Sequence record: SRR22947725_8545
Strand: one strand, 5' to 3'
DNA: 36,148 nucleotides
The notes beneath the pieces were generated by a model. It saw only the letters and a program-made list of their open reading frames with translations, searched no databases and had not been told where the DNA came from. Position 1 is the stretch's first letter; every line of letters starts with the position of its first letter. Made by a program: the position numbers and the translations under genes. Shown here in pieces: positions 25,318 to 36,148 of this stretch.

Positions 25318-26580
25318 ATGAATATTTATCCTCAACAAGGACGGCTGACGCCTTTTTTCTTTTGCTGCGTGCTTCAGCTTTGCATTGGTTTCAAATCCAT
25401 TGCTCAATCTCCTGATATCCTCAGATCAAGAGAGGTAGTGACTGAATTGGCTGCATTGCTTGAATCGAGTCATTTGTCCACTGCATTGACTGAGCTATCC
25501 TTTGCTTCCACGCCTCTCACCAAGTCGGACAGCCTTAGAGCTGGTGAATTGCTGGTAAGTTCTTTCAAGGCTCAGTTAAAGATTGAGAGAGCTTCTGAAA
25601 TGGCAGCTCAAACGCTCAAACACGATGGGTTCGAATTGCCCTTTTTTACAAAGATATACGGCGATAAACCTGAAGGCGGGCGGAGTCTTTATATTTCCAT
25701 GCATGGTGGAGGTGGGGCACCTCCCAAAGTCAATGACCGCCAATGGGAGAACCAAAAAAAACTCTATGTATTGGATGAAGGTGTTTATGTGGCACCTCGA
25801 GCACCAACGGATACCTGGAATCTCTGGCATCAAGGACATATTGATCCTCTGTTTGAGCGTTTGATTCAAAATATGGTGGTGTTTCACGACGTGAACCCTG
25901 ATCGGGTTTTCCTGATGGGCTACTCTGCTGGTGGTGATGGTGTTTATCAATTAGCTCCTCGCATGGCTGACTATTTTGCTGCGGCGGCAATGATGGCTGG
26001 GCACCCCAATGAAACGGTTCCCGACGGTTTAAGGAATTTGCCTTTCTCTCTTTTCATGGGAGGTAAAGATACTGCCTATAAACGCAATCAAATCGCTTCA
26101 GAATGGAAAGAAAAACTGAGGCAATTACAAATCAAAGATTCCGAAGGATATCCTCACTGGGTAAAGATTTTTCCTGATCACGGTCATTGGATGCAAAAGG
26201 AAGACGCTGCTGCCATTCCGTGGATGCATCAATTTACGCGTAACAAATATCCAGACCGTGTCGTCTGGAAGCAGGATGATGTCTTGCATAACCGTTTCTA
26301 TTGGTTGCGTTTGTCAACAGGGGATGCAAAGGCCCGATCTTTGAATATTGTCTCTATGAAAGGCCAGATTATTGAAGTCGAAACCGTAGAAGCTGAAAAG
26401 ATGACGATCCTTCTCAATGATATGATGTTGAATCTGGACCAACCTCTATCGGTTGTTGCAAATGGTAAAACGCTTTTCAAAGGGCGTCCTGACCGCACGG
26501 TTGCTAACTTGATCACATCTCTACTGGAACGGGGTGACCCCGGATATTTGTTTAGCAGTAAAATCGATTTGAATTTTTAG
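25318..26580 (+). CDS. Secreted alpha/beta-hydrolase (esterase / PHA-depolymerase / peptidase-like)
   Basis: YISMHGGGG, nucleophile elbow MGYSAGGDG, GGKD and GHWM; signal-peptide-like N-terminus from the ATG at 25318, 10 nt after the upstream stop. Confidence 0.85.
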   Translation: MNIYPQQGRLTPFFFCCVLQLCIGFKSIAQSPDILRSREVVTELAALLESSHLSTALTELSFASTPLTKSDSLRAGELLVSSFKAQLKIERASEMAAQTLKHDGFELPFFTKIYGDKPEGGRSLYISMHGGGGAPPKVNDRQWENQKKLYVLDEGVYVAPRAPTDTWNLWHQGHIDPLFERLIQNMVVFHDVNPDRVFLMGYSAGGDGVYQLAPRMADYFAAAAMMAGHPNETVPDGLRNLPFSLFMGGKDTAYKRNQIASEWKEKLRQLQIKDSEGYPHWVKIFPDHGHWMQKEDAAAIPWMHQFTRNKYPDRVVWKQDDVLHNRFYWLRLSTGDAKARSLNIVSMKGQIIEVETVEAEKMTILLNDMMLNLDQPLSVVANGKTLFKGRPDRTVANLITSLLERGDPGYLFSSKIDLNF

Positions 26581-27075
26581 ACACGGGTCAATTTTTGATC
26601 GAATGCCATGAATAATTGGCTGAGCACGATTATTTACTGAAGCGTGTATTTGCTGCTGAACTAACAGCTACACCCCGCGCTTCATTCTCAATTTGAATTT
26701 CTACCAGATTCTCGATAAGTCGTTGAGAAGTAAACGTCTACGCGTGATGCGATATGAAAGATGAAACGCGACCTGCCGATACTTATTTTCAATGACAGAA
26801 AACTTGTTGAAGACCGTGTCGATATCTCACCCTCTATTCCAAATCACGCAGTAAAATAATTCACGCATTGATCCGGTAGAGCCCATCTCGACCGAGTCGC
26901 GCTGTCCTGATAATTTGCGTGCATAAAAGGAGTAGTTTCTTTATCGGCCAGCACAGGCCACAGTGCTGAGTTAGGAAGATTCTTTTTCTCTCATCATGGA
27001 TCCCAACAAAGCATGCATGTGCAGAGGGTAAGTTCCCTCAGGTTTAATCTTGCTCATGACACAAATACCGATGAC

Positions 27076-27102
27076 AAAAAAGCGCGGAGTAATCCGCGCT
27101 TT
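27076..27102 (-). terminator. Intrinsic terminator of the LRR gene
   Basis: The minus strand reads AAAGCGCGGA-TTAC-TCCGCGCTTT-TTT, a GC-rich stem with a U-tract 28 nt after the LRR stop. Confidence 0.85.
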
Positions 27103-27130
27103 GGTTTAAATTTGCTCTGTATACGGAGAA

Positions 27131-27997
27131 TTAATATTGAACTCGAACGCCGTATTCTTTGAGTTTTTCAACCTGACTCTTTCGAATACGGTTGCCCTTG
27201 AGATAGGCCTTCAGGAAAGGTGCAAATCGTTTTTCACCTTCAGAATCGACACGGGTCATGGTGATCAACGGGCTGATGTCCTGCACTTTATTGTATTCAA
27301 GAAACAGAAAATTCAAGTTGTTCAATCCATCCAGAGGAACCAGGTCGTAGATGTCATTACCATCCAGCGAAAGCGAGCTAAGCCACTTCAAATTATTGAT
27401 GCCTTCAATGGATTCAACTTGATTTACGCTGAGGTGAAGAGACGAAAGCTTCGGCAGATCCAGGATAGGGTAAATATATTCAATCCGGTTGTATCCAAGA
27501 TAAAGAGCCGACATGTTTTTCAATCCTGACAGAGGGCTCAGATCATTGACTTTGTTATGAGACATCTCAATATACTGGAGTGCAGGGGTTTTTGCCAGAG
27601 CGGATATATTTGAAATATCATTGTTGGATAGATCCAGTGATTGCAAGCGTTTGAGTCCGGCTAATTGAGAAATATCCGTGATCTGATTACCTGCAAGATC
27701 AAGAAGTGCCAGACTCTTGCAATGCTCAAGTCCTGTCAGGTCGCGGATGTTCTTACCTCTTCCCTTGATCGTTGAGACATCGATCAAATCTTCAATTGTG
27801 ATTGGCTCATCCGTATTTCTTTTTTCATAAACGGAATGGCGTACTACCTCCTCAAGATTCTTGTCCTTGAATGCAGAAACCGCCGGGGTCTTTTCTTCTT
27901 TTGCTTCAGCCTCACTGTCTTGAGCATGAGACCAAGTCATTGGCGCCACGGCAACCAGAAGTGTCATCAACCATGAATTTAAACGTTTGGACGTCAT
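27131..27997 (-). CDS. Secreted internalin-like leucine-rich repeat protein
   Basis: FKDKNLEEVVR cap and tandem 22-aa LRRs (LxxLxLxxNxIxDIxxL); signal peptide from the ATG at 27997 (the ORF extends to 28126). Confidence 0.9.
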   Translation of the reverse strand: MTSKRLNSWLMTLLVAVAPMTWSHAQDSEAEAKEEKTPAVSAFKDKNLEEVVRHSVYEKRNTDEPITIEDLIDVSTIKGRGKNIRDLTGLEHCKSLALLDLAGNQITDISQLAGLKRLQSLDLSNNDISNISALAKTPALQYIEMSHNKVNDLSPLSGLKNMSALYLGYNRIEYIYPILDLPKLSSLHLSVNQVESIEGINNLKWLSSLSLDGNDIYDLVPLDGLNNLNFLFLEYNKVQDISPLITMTRVDSEGEKRFAPFLKAYLKGNRIRKSQVEKLKEYGVRVQY

Positions 27998-28446
27998 ATT
28001 TGCTGTATCTATATGTTTGGAAACTTCTTGCATTAAAACCGGAAGAGCTGTCGATACGCAATCCAAATCCGTGGAAAAAATATCAAAGAATTTATAAAAA
28101 CAGTTCCATGAAGGCTGCCTCTGCATCCCTTTTATATCTCGCTTGGCAAATGGAGTTGGGTTTTTAGAAATGCCCCTCTTTCCAATTAAAATTAATCCTT
28201 AACAATCTTCATGAAACAAATGTCATCAAAGAAATGGATGGTAGCTTTACACCATGTTGGATGACCAAGATGGAATGTTCATCCCGATGAATCAGCCCAG
28301 GGGAAGTTCACAGAATAAGCGGCTTTCAGGTCGAGGAGGAAACAAGGCGCCTGATTTTCCATCCAATCCAGTAGTCAAGGAGCCTTTCAACCGAAAGGCC
28401 CATTAAACTCAGGGGCTATTGATTCTCCCGGCGTGGGGCTCATTTT

Positions 28447-29061
28447 CTATGCAGGAGAAGATACTACCTTTTCTGGTGGATACCAATGGAGTGCCTTGGG
28501 TGTTGCTTCGCAGTAATACACACAAAGTCCGCACCCCACGCAGGCTTCTTCATCGAGGGAAGGAAAATTGTCCTTCATCTTGATAGCCTGAACATCCGAT
28601 GGGCAATACATCACGCAGGTGTCGCAAAAAATACCATCGGTATTTAGGCATGCGTCCTGCTCTAGCCAGACTTTACCTATGGCTTTGACTTTTCCGCTGT
28701 CTGGCATGCTCAAGGCATCTGAAGGGCAGGCATGGATACAATCCATGGTTGAACACCAATGACAGGGGTTCTGGTTTAATTTTAAAACAGGAGTCCCCTC
28801 CGCATCACCAGTTAAAGGCCCTGTTATTTGAATGATGTCAAAAGGACAAGCGTTCATGCAGGCATGACAGCGCGTGCAGGTTTCGAGAAATAATGATTCA
28901 TCCTCCAGAGCGCCCGGTGGCCTGACAAATGTATTCGGCTGTACTCCTTTTTTAAGTTCCTTTGAAGCCTCTCCCCATGCCGTCGCCAAGTCCCTGACTC
29001 GAAGTCGAAACAGATTACGTCTGGAAAATTTGTCGCTCATGGTTCCATTGAGACCGGTCAT
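28447..29061 (-). CDS. NapF/NapG/MauM-like 4Fe-4S polyferredoxin
   Basis: SRRNLF N-terminus, RPPGA, and four Cys clusters: CTRCHACMNACP, CHWCSTMDCIHACP, C..CDTCVMYCP and CVGCGLCVYYC. Alternative start at 29040. Confidence 0.88.
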   Translation of the reverse strand: MTGLNGTMSDKFSRRNLFRLRVRDLATAWGEASKELKKGVQPNTFVRPPGALEDESLFLETCTRCHACMNACPFDIIQITGPLTGDAEGTPVLKLNQNPCHWCSTMDCIHACPSDALSMPDSGKVKAIGKVWLEQDACLNTDGIFCDTCVMYCPSDVQAIKMKDNFPSLDEEACVGCGLCVYYCEATPKALHWYPPEKVVSSPA

Positions 29062-29351
29062 CTTTCATCGATTGACTGGCACCTAAGCATAGAGCGCAGT
29101 CGTGCTTTATGGAAAGCTTCAAAATCTGAGGATGCATTCACAAGGTAACGATTTGTAGTCACCTAAGCTGGGGACAAGTCGATAACGGTCTTGTCTGATT
29201 CCGAGAGCATGCTTGCTGTCCGGATACGTCCAATGAATGCATTAACAATAGCGTGGAGGATGACCTTTGTTTTTTAGTTGTGGGACCGTCCTTTTATTCA
29301 AAGCATGCGATTCTTGCTATACGGATGCGGCTTTGTTTATAAACTACTCTT

Positions 29352-30659
29352 ATGTTGGACATTCGCTGGATACGGGAAAATAAGGAATTGACGGAAAAGC
29401 GTCTCGCTTCGCGGCGTGGAGGCGATGAGAGCAAGGTAGAGCGTTTACTGGAGCTGGATGCACAACGTCGTGGCCTCTTGACGGAAGTTGAACAGCTAAA
29501 AGCTGAGCGGAAATCTGCTTCCAAGCAGATCGGGGCGCTTATCGGACAGAAAAAACAGGAAGAGGCGGAAGAGAAAAAAGCCGCTACCAAGGTTATTGGA
29601 GATCAAATTACGACGCTGGATCAGCAAGTTCAAGAAACGATAAAGGAACAAGAAAGCATCCTTTTGAGTCTTCCGAATTTACCACATGAATCCATCCCGG
29701 ACGGGGCAAGCGAAGAGGATAACCCTGAGATTCGACAATGGGGGCATAAACCTGAATATGGCTTTGACCCTCAATCACATGTCGACCTTTGTGATCAACT
29801 ATCATTGATAGATTTTGCTCGTGGAGCCAAGCTGGCTGGAAGCGGGTTCCTCTTGTACACCGGTTGGGGGGCTCGATTGGAGCGTGCATTGATTCAATTT
29901 CTTCTCGATTTGCACACCAGGGAACATGGTTACACCGAAGTATCGCCACCCTTTGTGGTGAGTCCTGATTGCATGACGGGAGTCGGTCAGTTCCCGAAGT
30001 TTTACGATCAAGCATATGCTGTTCAGGAAGGTGAAGATGCCGAAACACTCGGTAAATTATACTTGGTTCCCACAGCGGAAGCTCCAGTCGCCAACATACA
30101 CAGAGAAGAACTGCTCAAGGAAGAGCAACTCCCCATTTTTTACTGTGCATACAGTCCATGCTTTCGAGCTGAGGCAGGAGCTGCAGGAGTAGGGACTCGG
30201 GGTATGATCCGGGTGCATCAGTTTGATAAAGTCGAGATGATTAAAATTGTACCGGCTGATCAAGGTTATGTTGAGCTAGACGCGATGGTTGGTAATGCTG
30301 AAAAAGTCTTGCAGTTATTGGACCTACATTACCGAGTCATACTATTATGTACCGGCGACATGGGATTTGCCAGTGCCAAGACTTTTGATATCGAAGTTTG
30401 GGCTCCAGGGCAGGGGAGTTACCTGGAAGTTTCGAGTTGTTCGAATTGCGAGGATTACCAGAGCCGACGTATGAATCTTCGCTACAAAACGCGAGAAGGA
30501 AAAAATGTTTTCCCTCATCTCTTGAACGGTAGCGGTACAGCATTGGCTCGATTATTTGTGGCACTCATTGAGACACATCAGCAGGAGGATGGTTCCATAA
30601 GGATTCCTGAACCATTGCAGCCCTACCTAGGGGTTGAAGTGATTCCTGCGTCGTCATGA
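29352..30659 (+). CDS. serS: Serine--tRNA ligase
   Basis: MLDIRWIREN, coiled-coil arm, LVPTAE, motif 2 FRAEAG..RVHQFDKVE, EVSSCSNC and motif 3 LNGSGTALAR. Confidence 0.98.
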   Translation: MLDIRWIRENKELTEKRLASRRGGDESKVERLLELDAQRRGLLTEVEQLKAERKSASKQIGALIGQKKQEEAEEKKAATKVIGDQITTLDQQVQETIKEQESILLSLPNLPHESIPDGASEEDNPEIRQWGHKPEYGFDPQSHVDLCDQLSLIDFARGAKLAGSGFLLYTGWGARLERALIQFLLDLHTREHGYTEVSPPFVVSPDCMTGVGQFPKFYDQAYAVQEGEDAETLGKLYLVPTAEAPVANIHREELLKEEQLPIFYCAYSPCFRAEAGAAGVGTRGMIRVHQFDKVEMIKIVPADQGYVELDAMVGNAEKVLQLLDLHYRVILLCTGDMGFASAKTFDIEVWAPGQGSYLEVSSCSNCEDYQSRRMNLRYKTREGKNVFPHLLNGSGTALARLFVALIETHQQEDGSIRIPEPLQPYLGVEVIPASS

Positions 30660-30713
30660 TTTGTTCCTAGCCCTGTTGCCCATCTTTTTCAGTTTCACTC
30701 ACACAATTTCATC

Positions 30714-32159
30714 ATGACAATCATGCAAGTTAGTGGGGAATGTTTTCCCTATTCGAAAACGGGAGGACTTGCCGACATGGTGGGTGCACTTTCAAAAGCC
30801 CTGGCAGTGAGAGGAACTCAGGTTCAGGTCGTGACGCCGTTGTACCGCGGCATAGCCAGGAAATTCAAGGAAATCCAGCCTATGGATTGGGCTCTTGACC
30901 TGGAAATGGGGGACAAGGTGGTTTCCGGCAAATTATATACATTAAATCCGCAACCAAATCTCACCATTTACTTTATCGAACAACCCGATTACTTCGATCG
31001 TCCGGGGATTTATGGTGAAAAGAGTGAGGATTATGAAGATAATTCAGAGCGTTTTCTGTTTTTTTCCAAAGCTGCAACCAACCTTGCACGTTACCTGACT
31101 GATGCACCCGATATCGTCCACGCTCATGACTGGCAGGCAGGAATGGTCCCAGCGATGATTCAACATCAGCATATGCGTGGAGGCTGGTATCCAGCCCCAA
31201 CAACATGCTTTACTATTCATAATTTGGCTTATCAGGGGAATTTCCCCTCAGATTCATTCAGTTATACCAATCTTCCCAGCGATTATTTTGGGCCTCATGG
31301 AGTGGAGTTTTACAAACAAGTGAGCTTCCTCAAGTCAGGTTTGATTTTTGCAGATCAATTGACAACGGTCAGCCCAAAATATGCGAAGGAAATATTAACA
31401 GAAGAATTTGCCTGTGGCATGGGAGGCGTACTCAATGCTCGTGCAGAGAGTCTTTGCGGTATATTAAATGGAGTGGACTACGAGGATTGGAACACCCTTC
31501 AGAATCCGAATCTGGATGCTACTTACACGGTGGGTAAAATGGACGGAAAAGCGCTGCAAAAGAAAAATCTGCAGACCATGTTGGGGCTTCCCTGTGAACC
31601 GAACGTACCCTTGCTGGGATTGGTGGGGCGATTGGTTGATCAAAAAGGGATGGACCTTCTCTTGCCAGCGCTTCATGCAACATTGGATCGCCGTTTCCAA
31701 TTCGTGCTGCTCGGAAGTGGAATGCCATTTTATCAGGAAGGGTTCAAACGGCTTGCAAGGGACTATCCTGATCAGGTGGCAGTGACTATTGGATATGATA
31801 ATTCTCTGGCTCACAAAATAGAGGCCGCCTCCGATTTCTTTGTGATGCCTTCCAAATTCGAGCCTTGTGGATTAAACCAACTCTACAGCTTGAAATATGG
31901 AAGTGTCCCCATTGTTCGAGCTGTTGGTGGCTTGGATGATTCGATTATCGGATTGAGCGAATCCGCTAATGTCGCAACAGGGATCAAATTCAATGATTAT
32001 GCAGTCACTGCCTTGGAAGCTGCTCTCAACGAAGCTTTTGATCTTTTTGAGGATCAGGAAAGTTACAAAAAAATCCGCAAGAATGGCATGCTCAAGGACT
32101 TCTCATGGGAACGTACTTCTCTTGAATACCTGGATCTCTACGACAGCTTGTTACAGTAG
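30714..32159 (+). CDS. glgA: Glycogen synthase (ADP-glucose type, GT5)
   Basis: KTGGLADM, HAHDWQ, FTIHNLAYQG, GILNGVD, RLVDQKG, MPSKFEPCGLNQ and DFSW. Confidence 0.96.
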   Translation: MTIMQVSGECFPYSKTGGLADMVGALSKALAVRGTQVQVVTPLYRGIARKFKEIQPMDWALDLEMGDKVVSGKLYTLNPQPNLTIYFIEQPDYFDRPGIYGEKSEDYEDNSERFLFFSKAATNLARYLTDAPDIVHAHDWQAGMVPAMIQHQHMRGGWYPAPTTCFTIHNLAYQGNFPSDSFSYTNLPSDYFGPHGVEFYKQVSFLKSGLIFADQLTTVSPKYAKEILTEEFACGMGGVLNARAESLCGILNGVDYEDWNTLQNPNLDATYTVGKMDGKALQKKNLQTMLGLPCEPNVPLLGLVGRLVDQKGMDLLLPALHATLDRRFQFVLLGSGMPFYQEGFKRLARDYPDQVAVTIGYDNSLAHKIEAASDFFVMPSKFEPCGLNQLYSLKYGSVPIVRAVGGLDDSIIGLSESANVATGIKFNDYAVTALEAALNEAFDLFEDQESYKKIRKNGMLKDFSWERTSLEYLDLYDSLLQ

Positions 32160-32216
32160 CGTGAAGTTCTTGGTTCAGGGGGTGATTGAAACTGCAGTAA
32201 CCATTTATGATGACCT

Positions 32217-32813
32217 TCAGTTATCAACCGAGGGTGCTTCCTGATGTTTCGAAGGTGCAATGCCTGATTGTGGATCACTGAGTTTTGAAGAAGACGATGC
32301 AGGAACATTTTCTCGTTTCCAATCTTTGTTCTGGTTTGGATTCCCTCGTTTTTGACGGAAAATCCCGCCTTTAGAAGAGTCCCGATGACCTTCACCCCTC
32401 CCTGGGCCATTGCCAAATCCCCGCCTTGACCCTCCTGGTCCCTGATTCCGGCGGTTCTTCATTAATGCTTCAAATTGAGTCGCCTGTTGTTCGGTCAGAT
32501 GCCCTTTGATTTCCGAGTTTACCTGAAAGAACTCTTCGGCAATTTTTGGATGCATCTTTTGCATCAAGGCGTCCATACGTTGCTGACTGCTCTTGAGTAT
32601 CTGAGTGATATTGGTCTTTTGTGTGTCGGTAAGGTCGAGTCTGCTTCCAAAGCGTTGAATGAAATCATTCATCCTTGGTCCGCGTGGCATCGGATCTCTT
32701 CGAGTTTGTGGGCGGTCCTTGGTGGGTCTCAGATCATTTAAAAACGTTCCGGTGATCAGCCCTGCGGTGTAGATGACCAGAGTTGCGATGATGATTTTCC
32801 AGGAACTTACCAT
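32217..32813 (-). CDS. Membrane-anchored or periplasmic protein with Spy/CpxP-like LTxxQ motifs and a Gly/Arg/Pro-rich tail
   Basis: N-terminal hydrophobic WKIIIATLVIYTAGLITG, LDLTDTQ and LTEQQ; the start overlaps the upstream stop (ATGGTAA). Confidence 0.7.
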   Translation of the reverse strand: MVSSWKIIIATLVIYTAGLITGTFLNDLRPTKDRPQTRRDPMPRGPRMNDFIQRFGSRLDLTDTQKTNITQILKSSQQRMDALMQKMHPKIAEEFFQVNSEIKGHLTEQQATQFEALMKNRRNQGPGGSRRGFGNGPGRGEGHRDSSKGGIFRQKRGNPNQNKDWKRENVPASSSSKLSDPQSGIAPSKHQEAPSVDN

Positions 32814-33121
32814 GATTCCTCCAACGCCTGGAATGGCTGGGTCATCGTATACTGGAGTTCAGAAGCCAGTGCATCAGAGGATGCGTTGGCGTCTGTTGTA
32901 GTGGAAAGAGTTGCCCAGGTAGTGATGAGGAGCATTACTGCGACACATGGGACAGCTGCTTTCCATAGTCCAAGCGCCCATATGGCTACGTTATCCACCG
33001 GTTTGACGTTACGCAGTTGAGCCATGATACGCTTCTCAAAGGAGTAAGGGGTCTGATCATTTTCCGGTATCCTACGTGCTGCACGGATGAGGCGATCAAA
33101 AATGTCGTTATTTTTTTTCAT
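32807..33121 (-). CDS. Putative single-TM anti-sigma factor
   Basis: Small protein immediately after an ECF sigma gene, with PYSFEKRIMAQLR followed by one hydrophobic helix. Alternative start at 33154. Confidence 0.65.
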   Translation of the reverse strand: MKKNNDIFDRLIRAARRIPENDQTPYSFEKRIMAQLRNVKPVDNVAIWALGLWKAAVPCVAVMLLITTWATLSTTTDANASSDALASELQYTMTQPFQALEESW

Positions 33122-33172
33122 CTTATTCAAAATTAATGTGCTTCGTTGATGCAAAAGATCCCGCCATGCTTG

Positions 33173-33817
33173 CTACAAGTATTTCTCCTGATTGAAATCT
33201 TCTAGTATTTTGCGCATTTCCTTTCTAGCACGAAAGGCCCTGACCTTAACCAAAGATACTGACCAGCCTGTGATCTTGGCAATTTCTTTGACTGATTTCC
33301 CTTCAATATCCAGGAGTGTAATGACCATGCGCGCTGCAGGCTGCAATCGCTCCAGTAAATCATGAACAAGTTTATTGATTGCCTCCTGTTTTTCACGTGT
33401 TGGATGTTTTTCTTCACCATAGACTTCAAGTAAATCAAAATCCTCTTGAGCAATGTCGGAGAACGATGAAACCTTGTTGCGTTGATGCTTGCGAAGGTAA
33501 TCGTAACAGGTTCTCACGCTGATCTTCATGAGCCAGTGTTCAAAAGGAGCTTCCTCTCGGTAGGAATCCAATTTCTTGAACGTCTTGATGAAAATCTCCT
33601 GCACAATGTCTTCAACTTCGCTTTCACGTCGTGCGTATTTGCGCGCTGTTGCAAAAACACGAGGTTGGTAATGGGCGATCAACGACTCATATGCCGCTGT
33701 GTCACCATGCAACACTCTGCGAATAATTGTTTTTTCTTCGGATCGATCCAGTTTGGTTTCATTGATCAATCCCACGCATAACCCTTTCAGTTGCAATATA
33801 TGTTGAGCTGCCAGCAC
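33173..33817 (-). CDS. ECF (group 4) RNA polymerase sigma factor
   Basis: GDTAAYESLIAHY, VEDIVQEIFIK, FEHWLMKISVRTCYDYLRK and EGKSVKEIAKITGWSVSLVKVRAFRARK. Start is uncertain. Confidence 0.93.
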   Translation of the reverse strand: MLAAQHILQLKGLCVGLINETKLDRSEEKTIIRRVLHGDTAAYESLIAHYQPRVFATARKYARRESEVEDIVQEIFIKTFKKLDSYREEAPFEHWLMKISVRTCYDYLRKHQRNKVSSFSDIAQEDFDLLEVYGEEKHPTREKQEAINKLVHDLLERLQPAARMVITLLDIEGKSVKEIAKITGWSVSLVKVRAFRARKEMRKILEDFNQEKYL

Positions 33818-33901
33818 ATCTCTCCCTTGTTGGTTTGATTTCGTCTGTCAGGGGAGATCGCTTTTTTCTGCTTGAAGCATTCATCCCTTCATTCGCTCAA
33901 A

Positions 33902-33930
33902 AAGACGCCTGACAATGCACCCAGGTTACA
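33902..33930 (-). promoter_or_regulatory. Candidate ECF-type autoregulatory promoter
   Basis: The minus strand reads TGTAACC-N16-CGTCTT upstream of the ECF gene, matching the AAC (-35) / CGT (-10) architecture typical of ECF promoters. Confidence 0.6.
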
Positions 33931-33943
33931 AAACTACAAAAAA

Positions 33944-36148
<2,205 letters not shown>

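Noticed and set aside
28254-28406. 50-codon plus-strand ORF and the hairpin GCCTTTC-AACC-GAAAGGC (28382-28399) between the LRR and ferredoxin genes
   Set aside because: No recognisable protein features. The hairpin lacks a clear U-tract and the region matches no riboswitch consensus I know.

Overview
Gene-dense bacterial chromosomal window of about 30 CDSs. I found no rRNA, tRNA, CRISPR array, phage gene or transposase. The content suggests a PVC-superphylum organism, most likely Verrucomicrobiota (inference from gene types only): two sulfamidase-like sulfatases, a PQQ-like beta-propeller, a secreted S8 protease with a DxDxDG repeat and C-terminal tail, a DUF4175-like protein, and an ECF sigma/anti-sigma/periplasmic triad. 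Housekeeping genes are accB-accC-thiE, a SigA-like sigma paralog, trmL, serA, serS and glgA, mixed with secreted hydrolases. The best lead is an IscS/NifS-fold protein that has lost the PLP Schiff-base lysine (SPHR instead of SxHK) and the substrate-binding Arg/Asn/Gln but keeps the persulfide Cys. An unannotated, apparently leaderless 54-codon ORF lies 6 nt upstream of it. Other leads are a 47-codon citrate-synthase N-terminal remnant, a 46-nt palindrome enclosing a CRP/FNR-like box next to larA, an ECF triad with a candidate autoregulatory promoter, a secreted amidohydrolase pair in which only one of three domains keeps the HxH metal motif, a transglutaminase-like plus alpha/beta-hydrolase pair, and an orphan NapF/NapG-like polyferredoxin. 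All calls come from reading motifs by eye; no searches were run.
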